From: an uncultured virus (IMG/VR IMGVR_UViG_3300042356_002199)
Lineage: Duplodnaviria; Heunggongvirae; Uroviricota; Caudoviricetes
Reading direction: 5' to 3' (one strand)
IMG/VR virus record: IMGVR_UViG_3300042356_002199
DNA: 64,000 nt
The position numbers were made by a program, and so were the translations under genes. The notes under the pieces are model-generated. The model saw nothing but the letters and a program-made list of their open reading frames with translations, was not told the DNA's origin and searched no databases. How positions within the stretch are numbered: the first letter of the stretch is position 1; the number at the start of each line of letters is the position of its first letter. This document shows, in pieces, positions 29,143 to 38,784 of this stretch.

Positions 29143-29646
29143 ATGCCTAAAAACATGTCCCTCGAAGAACGTTTTTTCCAAAAGGTAAACAAGACTGATT
29201 CCTGTTGGTTATGGACTGGAGCGCCAAACTCTCGCGGGTATGGTTCTTTCGCGGTAAACCGCAAGACAACCTCGGCCCACCATTATTCTTATATCATCCA
29301 TAAGGGTGAAATCCCTGATGGTTTAATAATCTGTCATACCTGCGATGTTCCGGCATGTGTCAATCCAGAGCACCTGTGGGCCGACACCTATTCTGCCAAC
29401 TCAAGGGACATGTTTAACAAAAACAGACAAGGAACTTCTAATAGGAAGAAAGATGGCTGCAAGAAGGGTCACTCTTTTGAAGAGTTTGAACCTCTTGTCT
29501 ATGTAAAGAAGCAAGGCAGACAAATTGGTAAAGAATACAGAGTTTGTAAAGAATGCAAGCGCGAGTACCGTCTAAAAAACAAAGAGAAGCAAAATGAACG
29601 GCAAAGAAATCTGTATCATGCTAGAAAGAACAAGCAAAACCCCTAG
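29143..29646 (+). CDS. HNH homing endonuclease with C-terminal Cys/His domain
   Basis: CWLWTG...GYG, CHTCDVPACVNPEHL, N..D; CKKGH...CKEC. Confidence 0.85.
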   Translation: MPKNMSLEERFFQKVNKTDSCWLWTGAPNSRGYGSFAVNRKTTSAHHYSYIIHKGEIPDGLIICHTCDVPACVNPEHLWADTYSANSRDMFNKNRQGTSNRKKDGCKKGHSFEEFEPLVYVKKQGRQIGKEYRVCKECKREYRLKNKEKQNERQRNLYHARKNKQNP

Positions 29647-29718
29647 CGTCGGTGGCCCAAGGGATAAGGCAACAGACTTCTAATCTGTCGATTGCAGGTT
29701 CGAATCCTGCCCGGCGCG
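29646..29718 (+). tRNA. tRNA-Arg(UCU)
   Basis: Acceptor GCGTCGG/CCGGCGC; anticodon arm ACAGA CTTCTAA TCTGT; T-arm GCAGG TTCGAAT CCTGC; no encoded CCA. Confidence 0.92.
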
Positions 29719-29741
29719 CAACGTGAGTATAGGATTTAATT

Positions 29742-30125
29742 ATGGACACCAACATAGGCTCAGACCCTGATTTTCAAAACATCCTTGACCGTTTTGCTGA
29801 CGGGATACCGGCAACGATTGACTGCGGGTATGGTTGGGCGAACCTAATAAGGGAATGCGATGATATTTTATTCGCACAAGACCCAAACTACACAATCGCA
29901 CAGGTCAAAGAAAAGATGGGTGGATTGCGGTTTTATTTTAATCTCACAGACATGGATAGCTACATGAAAGTGAATTCATTGATTATTGCTATTGAAGAAA
30001 GTTCTTTTACTATATGTGAAAGATGTGGGGAACAGGGATACGCCCGCAAAGAGGAAGAATCTGGCAGGCGTTACGTTTCGTGCGCCGAGCACACAATTCA
30101 TTCCCACATTTCAGGGTTGGGGTGA
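29742..30125 (+). CDS. Conserved phage hypothetical protein
   Basis: GW..LI...QVKEKMGGLRFY...CERCG...C..H pattern. Confidence 0.7.
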   Translation: MDTNIGSDPDFQNILDRFADGIPATIDCGYGWANLIRECDDILFAQDPNYTIAQVKEKMGGLRFYFNLTDMDSYMKVNSLIIAIEESSFTICERCGEQGYARKEEESGRRYVSCAEHTIHSHISGLG

Positions 30126-30244
30126 CCCGCTGCTTTTTTAATTTTGATAGCCATTCTTGCTACGACAATGGTGGAAACAATCGCTGCCATCCAGTTTATG
30201 ACGTTAGTTATTTTCTTTTTCACTTATTTGTCCTGCATTCTTCT

Positions 30245-30952
30245 TTACCCGTTAAACGCTTTGGTAAATCCCTCAGGACAGGTTTTTGTACATATCAAAT
30301 CTGCAATAACAGGCGCAACCGCTGCTCCGATTGCAATGCCAACACCCGCTGGCGTTGCCCACAGTGCTGCTGAATCTAAACTTTTGGCTAAACAGTTTGA
30401 GATTATGTTTTTCAATAGTGTGTGGTCAATGCTCTCGCTAACGAATGGTATTAGCAGAAATCCTTCCGTTATGATTTCACTCATTGCCGTTACTATTACA
30501 GCCTTAGTTGCCATATCTGCAACATAAAGAAGCGGCTGTGCCATAATTGATAGAGAGGTTGATGTTGCCGCTCCTGCGGGCTGTGCTGGCGTAAAATAGG
30601 CAACAACCCCGGCCGAGATTGCTGCAGTCACCGCTATGTTGCAGGCGTTCTTATCCAACCATTCGTATGCGTCTACTACGCCATCTTTTACTACTTCATA
30701 GCCTGATTGTATTTGATTTCCCAAATCAATGAGTACTGGTAATACTTCGTCTCCCACCTCCAAGGCAACCATGTCTTCAAACGTGTGGTTCTCTTCGGGA
30801 TGAGCGTGAATGTACCTTCTGGCGTTTTCGGTAAGTGCGTGATAACCGCAGTCCGAACCTGGCCATTCACCACCCCAGCCGTAAGACCTCACCTCATAGG
30901 GGTCACAGTCTGAACAATGAAAAACAACTCCAATACCTTTTTGTGCTGCCAT
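30245..30952 (-). CDS. Hypothetical protein with hydrophobic Ala-rich helices
   Basis: SD GAGGA; 235-aa ORF. Confidence 0.6.
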   Translation of the reverse strand: MAAQKGIGVVFHCSDCDPYEVRSYGWGGEWPGSDCGYHALTENARRYIHAHPEENHTFEDMVALEVGDEVLPVLIDLGNQIQSGYEVVKDGVVDAYEWLDKNACNIAVTAAISAGVVAYFTPAQPAGAATSTSLSIMAQPLLYVADMATKAVIVTAMSEIITEGFLLIPFVSESIDHTLLKNIISNCLAKSLDSAALWATPAGVGIAIGAAVAPVIADLICTKTCPEGFTKAFNG

Positions 30953-30987
30953 TTTATTTTCCTCTACTTATATTGTTCATGGTCGAT

Positions 30988-31461
30988 TCAGTCTTGCTTG
31001 ACGCTAGTTATCGGTCCGCCAGCAACCCATGCGCGGCAAGTTCTCTTGGATGCACACTTAAAATCAAACGCTTCGCAGTAGCCTAGTTCGCCGGCTTTGT
31101 CTATTGCTTCCCATTCATCTTTTTTTTCTTCCCCAACGAGCCCGCCCTGTATGCATGACTTCATTTGCGGGGTAACAATAAATACGGAGCAGTTACCACA
31201 TTTTTGCTTTTTGGCCTCTTCAGCACTTACTTCCCACTCATTGGCAAGCTTTGACCAGAACTCTTCATTTTCCTCTCCTGGATTAAGTGGACCATAATCA
31301 GCAACGGCAATTGCCTTTTTACGATTTTGAAGATTTACAGAAATGTCCTTTGTTGCTGTCGGGCATTTGGCGGAATCGTCTGCTTTTTCCTCTATGCGAA
31401 TACCCTTGATTGGCCCATTATAAGAAGCCCACGTATTGTCGCTCACTTGAATTCCTCCCAT
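30988..31461 (-). CDS. Cys-rich head-region protein (HiPIP-like Cys spacing)
   Basis: CPTAT, CGNC, GYCEAFDFKCASKRTCRAW. Confidence 0.65.
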   Translation of the reverse strand: MGGIQVSDNTWASYNGPIKGIRIEEKADDSAKCPTATKDISVNLQNRKKAIAVADYGPLNPGEENEEFWSKLANEWEVSAEEAKKQKCGNCSVFIVTPQMKSCIQGGLVGEEKKDEWEAIDKAGELGYCEAFDFKCASKRTCRAWVAGGPITSVKQD

Positions 31462-31841
31462 GTCTTGTCGCCCACACCAAAATATTCGCGAGCATAACCC
31501 GCAGATACAATGTCAAGGTTGAGACAAGCTGTTTTTTCTGACTTTATGTCCTTGTCTGAATAAATCTGTGCAAGAACTCTGCCGTATTTGTCATCTTTTC
31601 CTGCGATTGTTTTAAGAAAAACTACTTGATGCCTAGTGGTCCAGTCTTGAGTGAAAGATTTGGCTTTTAGTCCCATCTCTTTTTCTCCCAAATCCTTAGT
31701 TCTTGACTCGGGGGTGTTGAGTCCGTAGAGCCGAACTCTTACCTTATGATGAATATTGAAGCCGAGGTCAATGAGAACATCAAGCGTGTCCCCATCAACC
31801 ACCTTAATAACTTTTGCTGCATACCAAAATTGTTCAGCCAT
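31443..31841 (-). CDS. Thermonuclease (SNase-like) family nuclease
   Basis: KVVDGDT, RVRLYGLNTPE, DKYGRVLA. Confidence 0.88.
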   Translation of the reverse strand: MAEQFWYAAKVIKVVDGDTLDVLIDLGFNIHHKVRVRLYGLNTPESRTKDLGEKEMGLKAKSFTQDWTTRHQVVFLKTIAGKDDKYGRVLAQIYSDKDIKSEKTACLNLDIVSAGYAREYFGVGDKTWEEFK

Positions 31842-32649
31842 TTTTTTGCTTTCTCCGCTTTCGCATCATTTTTGAGGCACTAGCAATTCTCTTGGCCTTG
31901 TCTGCGTCTGACGGAATATACGACATAGAGGACTTGAGGGATGGGACCAAGCTCGCTAGTTCACGTCTTGCCGCAATCCTGAGAGACAGTTCGCCGTCTG
32001 CGTCAATGTCAGAATAATCAAAAATCCCACCTGTTGGGCAAACGCCTTTCATTTCTTCTGAATCAAGATTTGAGTAGTAATTTTCAGACGCATTTTTGTT
32101 GAAGATATCGAACTCGGAATATGATTTTGTTTTATCTTTTGTTTTTTGATAACGCTGGAGCATGCGGCGTCCCTTAGCTGCGAGCTTTTTGGCATCATCC
32201 ACGTTTTGTGGCACTGGCTCTCCCCATGCGGCAGCGGACAACGCGAGTCTTGTTGCTCTTCCCTTTTCATCTTTCATGGGTCCAGAGGGGTTCGTAAAAA
32301 ATCTAGTTAGAAAGGAGCCTTTTCTTCTCATTTTCTCTGGGGTATTCGCAGCACCCATTACCCCCGGCTTAAGGTTGGCCCCTTCTTTTCTGCGGAAATA
32401 CGCTCGTCCGGCTGCGGTCAGTCCACCCTTAGGGTCACGATAGACAGGCTTGCTGACGCTCTTTTCAATCATCTTACTGAAGACAGAGGAACCATAGTAC
32501 TCGTCGAACATGGGTTGCATTTCAAGGCGCTTGAGTTCGATTATGGATTGCTCGGTAATTTGCTCAAGGACTATTTCTGATTCAATTTGGTCAGATATTG
32601 CCTGTAGCTCTTCATAAAGCTTCTGGGTTTCGTCAATAGGGTTTGTCAT
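31834..32649 (-). CDS. Conserved phage protein (probably head-associated)
   Basis: DPKGGLTAAGRAYF...NLKPGV...RKGSFLTRF motif; directly downstream of the capsid gene. Confidence 0.65.
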   Translation of the reverse strand: MTNPIDETQKLYEELQAISDQIESEIVLEQITEQSIIELKRLEMQPMFDEYYGSSVFSKMIEKSVSKPVYRDPKGGLTAAGRAYFRRKEGANLKPGVMGAANTPEKMRRKGSFLTRFFTNPSGPMKDEKGRATRLALSAAAWGEPVPQNVDDAKKLAAKGRRMLQRYQKTKDKTKSYSEFDIFNKNASENYYSNLDSEEMKGVCPTGGIFDYSDIDADGELSLRIAARRELASLVPSLKSSMSYIPSDADKAKRIASASKMMRKRRKQKNG

Positions 32650-32682
32650 ATACACAATCTTCCCACATAAATGTGTCGATAT

Positions 32683-32738
32683 AAAGGAAACCCCCCGGTT
32701 TCACCACATTTAAGCGGCTACTTCCGGGGGGAACCCTT
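32683..32738 (-). terminator. Rho-independent terminator after the major capsid gene
   Basis: CCCCCCGG / CCGGGGGG stem followed by TTTCCTTT on the minus strand. Confidence 0.7.
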
Positions 32739-32753
32739 AAGAGCTAGAAGTTA

Positions 32754-34103
32754 TCAGGCTGGCTCGTTGTCGAAGGTAACCTCAACGAACGCTTCGGGAC
32801 GCTTCACTGCGAGAGCTAAACGCTGCTCGGCGAGAATCACGATTGCGTTACGGATGAAGAAGTCCGAGTGCTGCTCAGAGATACGAATGCTCGCCTCTTC
32901 GCGGTCGTACAACTGTGCTCCTGTACCGAATGCTCCGACAAGGGCCTTGCCAGCGGTCATTGCTGGGGTATCAATTACCGGCATTCTCCAGACGCGTGGC
33001 TCGCCACCCATTGCAACCGAAACTGCGATGAGGTACTGGCCATTGGCATCCTTGGTCAATTCGATGTCTTCCCAGTCGTTCGGGTGCAGTACGACGCCAG
33101 ATGGCTCGTAGTAAGCAAGGAACGAGAGAGTTGCGGCGCGACGAAGTGCATCGGCCTTTGTATCTGCGACCGGGGAGTTTTCTCCATCTGACCAGGCGTA
33201 TTGCTGGATGTTGGGGGTATTCAAAACACCAAGCAAGTTCTCGCCGACGCCATCACCATTGAGGATTTGATTATCCTCAAGGAGACGGAGACCGTACATG
33301 AGTTCGTTGTCGATGATTGAACGCAATTGCGGCTCGTCCGACAGAACGTTGCGGTGTGCAGCTTCCCAGTGTGCGAGTGTGCGAATTGGGGCTTGCTCAC
33401 CAACGAAGGCGAACGACGACTGTGGCTTGAGGCCAAAGGCGGTGTTGCCGCTATTTCGCTCAGCAACCGATGAGGCGCTGTTCGTACCATGGCCCGTCTG
33501 TAGGGTCGTGAAACCCAACTGACGGAAGTATTCGATAACAGCAGCATTGGTCTTACGGGCCGGGAACAAGTCGCGAACGCGCTTTGTGCGGGTCGGCGGG
33601 GTCACCATCGGGTCACGCTGAATCGTTCCAAACGAACCAGGGGTGCCGGTCGGGGTTGCCGAGAAGACATCCTTGACGTTGTACATTCCTTGGGTCGTCA
33701 GTGAAGCAGCGACGGTCCATGGGGCAACCATGTTTGCGCCATTGCGACCACCATTGAGTGCCTTGAATTCCGGAGAATCAAGAAATAGCTGACCGATGCT
33801 CTTGATTTCACGTGAAGACAAGTGACTGAGGTCTGCGGCAGCGGCAGCGTACATTGCTGCGGCTGATTCGCCTGCAGGCTGTGAGCCCCACTGGTCGACT
33901 GACTTCATGGTATCAAGGTCACTAAGAAGCGACTTGATTTCCTTGATGTCTCGCATGTTCTTGTCGAACGCGGTCTTCTGTTCCGTAGTGACGACTACTG
34001 TGCCGTCTTCTACCTTGAATGAGTCAGCGATGGTCTTGTTGTCTGCCATCTTCTGACGGAGGGCTGATTGAAGCTCCTCGGTACGGGAATTGTCTTGCGA
34101 CAT
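32754..34103 (-). CDS. HK97-fold major capsid protein
   Basis: SD GAGGAG; N-terminal coiled-coil (delta-like) region; LLEDNQILNGDG, VLHPNDW, FIRNAIVILAEQRLALAVKRPEAF. Confidence 0.93.
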   Translation of the reverse strand: MSQDNSRTEELQSALRQKMADNKTIADSFKVEDGTVVVTTEQKTAFDKNMRDIKEIKSLLSDLDTMKSVDQWGSQPAGESAAAMYAAAAADLSHLSSREIKSIGQLFLDSPEFKALNGGRNGANMVAPWTVAASLTTQGMYNVKDVFSATPTGTPGSFGTIQRDPMVTPPTRTKRVRDLFPARKTNAAVIEYFRQLGFTTLQTGHGTNSASSVAERNSGNTAFGLKPQSSFAFVGEQAPIRTLAHWEAAHRNVLSDEPQLRSIIDNELMYGLRLLEDNQILNGDGVGENLLGVLNTPNIQQYAWSDGENSPVADTKADALRRAATLSFLAYYEPSGVVLHPNDWEDIELTKDANGQYLIAVSVAMGGEPRVWRMPVIDTPAMTAGKALVGAFGTGAQLYDREEASIRISEQHSDFFIRNAIVILAEQRLALAVKRPEAFVEVTFDNEPA

Positions 34104-34267
34104 TTGTTTCTCCTCTGTTGAGATTGAGTGTTGGGTTGTTGTTGTTGTTGTTTATCTAGGCTTAGGTCAGCACCCAGCACTATGTATAATCAAAAATAAC
34201 AGATGATTTACACTCTCCAGTGGAACTAATAATATTTTGCAATTAAAGTACGTAAATAGATGAAGTA

Positions 34268-34930
34268 TTATTTAATACGTAGTTCTTTTGCTAGCGAACT
34301 TTTTCTCGCTACATTTGGCTTAGAAGTCTCTCTTAGAACTGTTCTTACTGCACGTCGCGTCTCTTCTTCGCGACGATTCCGCATGTTTCTGCGCCCTAAA
34401 TCAGTAGAACCAGTCCTGTTTGAATAATCGCTCATATTGGTACATGGCATCCAAACCGTGCGCCCAGACTTGCTTATTCGCCTACTAATACCTATGCATC
34501 CGATTTGACGGGAACGAGCCCTCGCTGAGTCTGCATCCAAGAACACATCGACATCATTGTCGCGTACGAATTCAGGTCCGGCCCCTTTCGTGCCACAGCA
34601 GTTAAGTGATTTTGAATTAAATGAAGAGCCTGAAACGAGCCCCACGCCAGGGAGTGACTCAATGCCACGGATTGGCTTTTCTCTTAGGTTTTCCCAGCCG
34701 TCAGGCCGGCGTTTATTTTTCCCCTTGGTACGTTCCTTTGATGATTTTGAACCAGGAACCACGGTTCGCCATTTTGATGTTTCGGCAGTATTGGATATTC
34801 TTTCTAGTTCCTCTATTGATTCACAAGGTATCCAATTTCCTTTGCGGTCCTTGTGGGCACCAGAACAGCCAATATCTTTAGCTAGACGCAGGGCGTCAGC
34901 CTTTTTTACCAAATCTTTTTTACTTGCCAT
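34268..34930 (-). CDS. Head-region protein with duplicated IGCxG...WxPC motif
   Basis: IGCSGAH...WIPC and IGCIG...WMPC. Confidence 0.65.
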   Translation of the reverse strand: MASKKDLVKKADALRLAKDIGCSGAHKDRKGNWIPCESIEELERISNTAETSKWRTVVPGSKSSKERTKGKNKRRPDGWENLREKPIRGIESLPGVGLVSGSSFNSKSLNCCGTKGAGPEFVRDNDVDVFLDADSARARSRQIGCIGISRRISKSGRTVWMPCTNMSDYSNRTGSTDLGRRNMRNRREEETRRAVRTVLRETSKPNVARKSSLAKELRIK

Positions 34931-35612
34931 TTTTGACCTGCCTGCGGGCTTTTTGTATTCGTTCTGAAATTTGTTGTTTTTCAGGAGAACGTTCTCCGCC
35001 TGCTAGCCCAAGAAGGACCTTTGCCCTGCGTGCGACTCTACGCTTATCGCTACTTTGCATTATTTCTTTATCGGCTGATTTTCTAATGAAACTCTTGCCG
35101 AAAGAAGAATTAAGAACTTCTTTCTCGATACTGCTAAAGGCAAACTTTGGATTTAGTTCAATCCGCCCCATTTTTTCGTTAAAAATTATCTTCCCGCTAT
35201 GTATTCTTCGGATGAAGTTAGACCTGCGCACAGAATTCTTGAATGATTCAGCTTTGAATGCAATAGCATTAATTTTGTTAGTGCTGTTTGTGAACTTATT
35301 CATTTCTAGTCCAATCGCATTAATTTTTCGATGCGATATGTCATTTATTGATTTTCTGGCATATGTAAAATTTTCTTGCTTAACCTGGTTTTCTTTTTCT
35401 GGCACTTGGAGATTATTTTTGTCAGCAAAAAATCCAGTAAAAACGCAACCAACAGGCACGTTTGCACCAATGTTTTTTTCATCAAAATCAAAATCTTCAA
35501 TAATTGATTTACCAAATTCAGTAATCGATTTTACGTGAATAACTTCATTTTCCATCGATGCCATAACGTGCGGCATTCCACTAAATACGTCTTTTATGAA
35601 ACCAATTTTCAT
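34920..35612 (-). CDS. Hypothetical head-region protein
   Basis: ORF overlapping its neighbours in the head operon. Confidence 0.6.
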   Translation of the reverse strand: MKIGFIKDVFSGMPHVMASMENEVIHVKSITEFGKSIIEDFDFDEKNIGANVPVGCVFTGFFADKNNLQVPEKENQVKQENFTYARKSINDISHRKINAIGLEMNKFTNSTNKINAIAFKAESFKNSVRRSNFIRRIHSGKIIFNEKMGRIELNPKFAFSSIEKEVLNSSFGKSFIRKSADKEIMQSSDKRRVARRAKVLLGLAGGERSPEKQQISERIQKARRQVKNGK

Positions 35613-37630
35613 ACATTGCCTCCAGAGAACAGTAGTTTTAGGCTGTTTTTACCACTTTGCAAACCTTCAAGGCGTACTTCGAATAGCTTCCCAATGATAT
35701 TCATATGTATTCTTTCTCCTTCGGAAATACCATATTGATTCATCGAGTCGTTGAAATTTTTAGGATTGAATTTCCTTGCTCTATTTATTAGGATGTTTAG
35801 ATATTTCATAAACAACAATCTTTGTTCGGCTTTTAGTGCTTGGTAATAATCGGAATATGCCGGAGTTGCTTGTGAACTATAAAATTCGCTGAGCGTCATT
35901 TTCATGCGATTCGTAATTTCAATTTTAGACAAGTCTATTAATCCGGATGTGGAGTTTTGCCCCAGTACGAGCCTTCGAGCGTCAGGGGTATCTAGCGTGT
36001 ATATAGACGTCATCGGACGTTCGCGCTGGTCGGTGAGGAAATCTGACACAAACATTGCCGCCACGTCCTGAGGGTCGAGCTCGTTGAATTTCGCATCCGG
36101 ATTGAAAACGGCTCCAGGTATTGCCGCAGTTACCTCTTGACGCAGAAACTGACGTGAATCACCCTGCTTTGATGCAAAGACGACGTCTGGAGATTCCAGC
36201 CCAAGAGACTGCTGCACATCTGATGCAAATCTTTCGGCAATATGTTGAAACTTGGATGGCTTTTCGTAAAGAAAAAGACTTTCTGACGGGGTGGATATAG
36301 CGCTAATGTTGTTGGCTAATCTCTGTCTTTGTACTACTCCAGCTTTTGCGAGTATCTTGGGCATGATTGAAGGGTCAACCGAAGAAAGGCTTCCCCCATC
36401 AACAATAAATTGAATAGCTTCATCCACGCTTTTTATGAGTTTGCGTCGTGGTCCAAATGATTCGGTATTTCTTACGGACGAAGACTCGGTCATCGACGAA
36501 AGTCTCTTGCCCCAGACCTGAGACGCCCAGCTCATTCTCCCCTTTATAACTTCATTGGGGTTTTTGACACCAGTAAAAGATTCGGAATATTTGAGACCGT
36601 CTCCTATCTCTTCGGCAACATTACGTAGTCTTTTGGCCGGGTCGCGCGAATTATCCATGGCCATGGCCTGATTGACAACGCGTCCTAGTTTTCTTCGCTC
36701 TCCAATTTCCAATTTCCTAGCTTTTTCTAATCTCAGATATGAGCCCCCGGGGAGAACATAGACCAAGGACTTGACACCAGTATTTGACAGAAGACCAAGC
36801 TCTTCGCCGCCAATATCCTTTGGTGAAAGCGCTGACATTATAAATAATGCCCCCTCCATGTCTCTGTTGTCTGGGATTGCTCTCAAAACTTTGTTTGGAA
36901 CTACCGGTTCAAGCACGAAGCCGTCACGCCTCACCATGCGGCGCACCTTGATGCCAGAATCCTTATTAAACGCGCCTATGGACTTGATTGAATCATTCAG
37001 TCTTGACGCTGCTGTTTTGGGATTATCGTACGTAACTTTAGGGATTTGTGGAGCCCTGGAGAGGATGATTGAGCTGTCGTACGGTGCCCCAGTTATGTCC
37101 CTTCCTGTTGTTTCTGGGGTTATTCCAGAAGTCAATGCTCGTCGCCCAGCACTTATCGCAGCACCTAAAGCAGAGGGTATTCCAAACAGTTTTGCCCCGC
37201 ATGTAGAAAGGCGGTTGTCAGTGAACCTTCCGCCGTACTGGTAGCCCTCTGGGCATCTATGAGCCCTATTTTGTCCAGGGAGAGAGCCACCACGACCACC
37301 AGGTCGTCCTGGTGTTATGGTCCGATAAAAAGCAGAACGGACGGGAGACCTCAACGGACCCGTGTCTCCAGGGAGGAGGGTACTGCGAATCGTGCTTGCA
37401 ATTTGGCGACCAGTATTGGCCTTGAATTGCATTTCATTTAAATAGGGGTCTCGCTTAGTCCGCCGAGTGTTATTAAACCTCTTTGATAGGGCCTTGTACT
37501 CTGTCGCCCCCTGGGAAGACGTCTTCACACCACGCAGGTAATCTAGGTTTTGTTTTGTAGCAGCATCGAACAGAATAACTCGAGTTACGAGAACCTCACT
37601 GTCTCCACAGCATTCCTGAAAATCAGCCAC
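35609..37630 (-). CDS. Head-region protein (673 aa) with RCPxG..FTD motif and degenerate HipA/PI3K-like kinase C-terminus
   Basis: RCPEGYQYGGRFTD; AERFAS...LGLESP...DFLTDQRER. Confidence 0.65.
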   Translation of the reverse strand: MADFQECCGDSEVLVTRVILFDAATKQNLDYLRGVKTSSQGATEYKALSKRFNNTRRTKRDPYLNEMQFKANTGRQIASTIRSTLLPGDTGPLRSPVRSAFYRTITPGRPGGRGGSLPGQNRAHRCPEGYQYGGRFTDNRLSTCGAKLFGIPSALGAAISAGRRALTSGITPETTGRDITGAPYDSSIILSRAPQIPKVTYDNPKTAASRLNDSIKSIGAFNKDSGIKVRRMVRRDGFVLEPVVPNKVLRAIPDNRDMEGALFIMSALSPKDIGGEELGLLSNTGVKSLVYVLPGGSYLRLEKARKLEIGERRKLGRVVNQAMAMDNSRDPAKRLRNVAEEIGDGLKYSESFTGVKNPNEVIKGRMSWASQVWGKRLSSMTESSSVRNTESFGPRRKLIKSVDEAIQFIVDGGSLSSVDPSIMPKILAKAGVVQRQRLANNISAISTPSESLFLYEKPSKFQHIAERFASDVQQSLGLESPDVVFASKQGDSRQFLRQEVTAAIPGAVFNPDAKFNELDPQDVAAMFVSDFLTDQRERPMTSIYTLDTPDARRLVLGQNSTSGLIDLSKIEITNRMKMTLSEFYSSQATPAYSDYYQALKAEQRLLFMKYLNILINRARKFNPKNFNDSMNQYGISEGERIHMNIIGKLFEVRLEGLQSGKNSLKLLFSGGNV

Positions 37631-38279
37631 AACATTCCTCTTCCAGAGACGTGGTACGAATAACTACAGAGTACGCCTTTTTGCCGTTCTCATCTTCGCC
37701 TTCTATTTGCCAGTTATTTTCATCTTGAAGAAATTTGATAAATTTGGGTTCCATTTCAGAAAATTCACCTAAAACTTTTATTGCATGCATTATGTCAGAC
37801 TCGGTAACTACGAAATTTTGTTCTGTTTTGGACTCAATTTCTGAATGCTCGTAGAAAAAAATATCCGAATTAAGTGATGAGTCCGCGCTCTTCCCAGAAT
37901 TCCGAATTATGTTTTTGGGTTTTTTCCCGTCAAGCGCTGACGCAAATTGAGAGTCTGTCCAATTGGTGAGTTTTCTAAATTTTTTGCGGCAATTTTTCAT
38001 CCCTGGATGATGGCATCCTTCATTCGGCCACAGTCCAGTCGTCTCATGGTGCAGCCATGCGCAGATATTGTTCAACGGATATAGCTCGGGGTGATTGGCG
38101 AGAATGACCCTACATCGTCTGAAGCCACCGGGCTTTTTCATTATCGGACGCCAGTACCTAAGAAGACGCTCGAGGTTGCCTCTCCGAGGGCCGTAGCCAC
38201 GCAGGACATCACCAGTAACAAGCTCTTGCGGCAGCATGCCACCAAGCGGGTCCGCTTTAATTAGCTCGTTATCCGACAT
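37623..38279 (-). CDS. Head-region protein with Cys/His motif
   Basis: GNLERLLRYW...GGFRRC...ICAWLHHETTGLWP. Confidence 0.65.
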   Translation of the reverse strand: MSDNELIKADPLGGMLPQELVTGDVLRGYGPRRGNLERLLRYWRPIMKKPGGFRRCRVILANHPELYPLNNICAWLHHETTGLWPNEGCHHPGMKNCRKKFRKLTNWTDSQFASALDGKKPKNIIRNSGKSADSSLNSDIFFYEHSEIESKTEQNFVVTESDIMHAIKVLGEFSEMEPKFIKFLQDENNWQIEGEDENGKKAYSVVIRTTSLEEECCG

Positions 38280-38784
38280 CTTGCTGCTCCTCTAGTTGGC
38301 GAAGCGTTTTTGTAGCCCGCCATGCGAAATCTCGTTCTTCCGCGGTTTTGAAAATAAAGTTATTTGCATTTAACTTTACCATTTGATTGCAGCATGACTT
38401 CGTAAGCATGCTCTGTTCAATGGTTTCCGAGATAAATGATTTGACTGCGCGTTTTGTTTTGTCAATCTTTTTCTTATTTTTGCCGACAACAGCATGCGAA
38501 GGCATTGACTCAAGCATTGAATCTTTGACTGGTCTTGTTTTGGTTATAAAAGTTTCATACCATGCGCCAGATGTTGGTCTTTTGGGGGCGTCCCACATAA
38601 ATCTCTGAAATGGAGTGGTGCGAAGTTTTGTAAAATTCCGAGCAGTACTCGAGAGGTGAATGATGTCAGCTTTCAATGCAGAGCCGTCAGAACGTTCGAT
38701 TATTGCGTCTTTGTCTCCAGGCTTTGCGTCTAGGTCGTAATAGACACGACTATCGTTTAAGAGACCAACCAGTACTGACTTCAC
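38269..38784 (-). CDS. Hypothetical head-region protein
   Basis: GTG start overlapping the upstream stop; SD GGGAG. Confidence 0.6.
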   Translation of the reverse strand: MKSVLVGLLNDSRVYYDLDAKPGDKDAIIERSDGSALKADIIHLSSTARNFTKLRTTPFQRFMWDAPKRPTSGAWYETFITKTRPVKDSMLESMPSHAVVGKNKKKIDKTKRAVKSFISETIEQSMLTKSCCNQMVKLNANNFIFKTAEERDFAWRATKTLRQLEEQQDVG

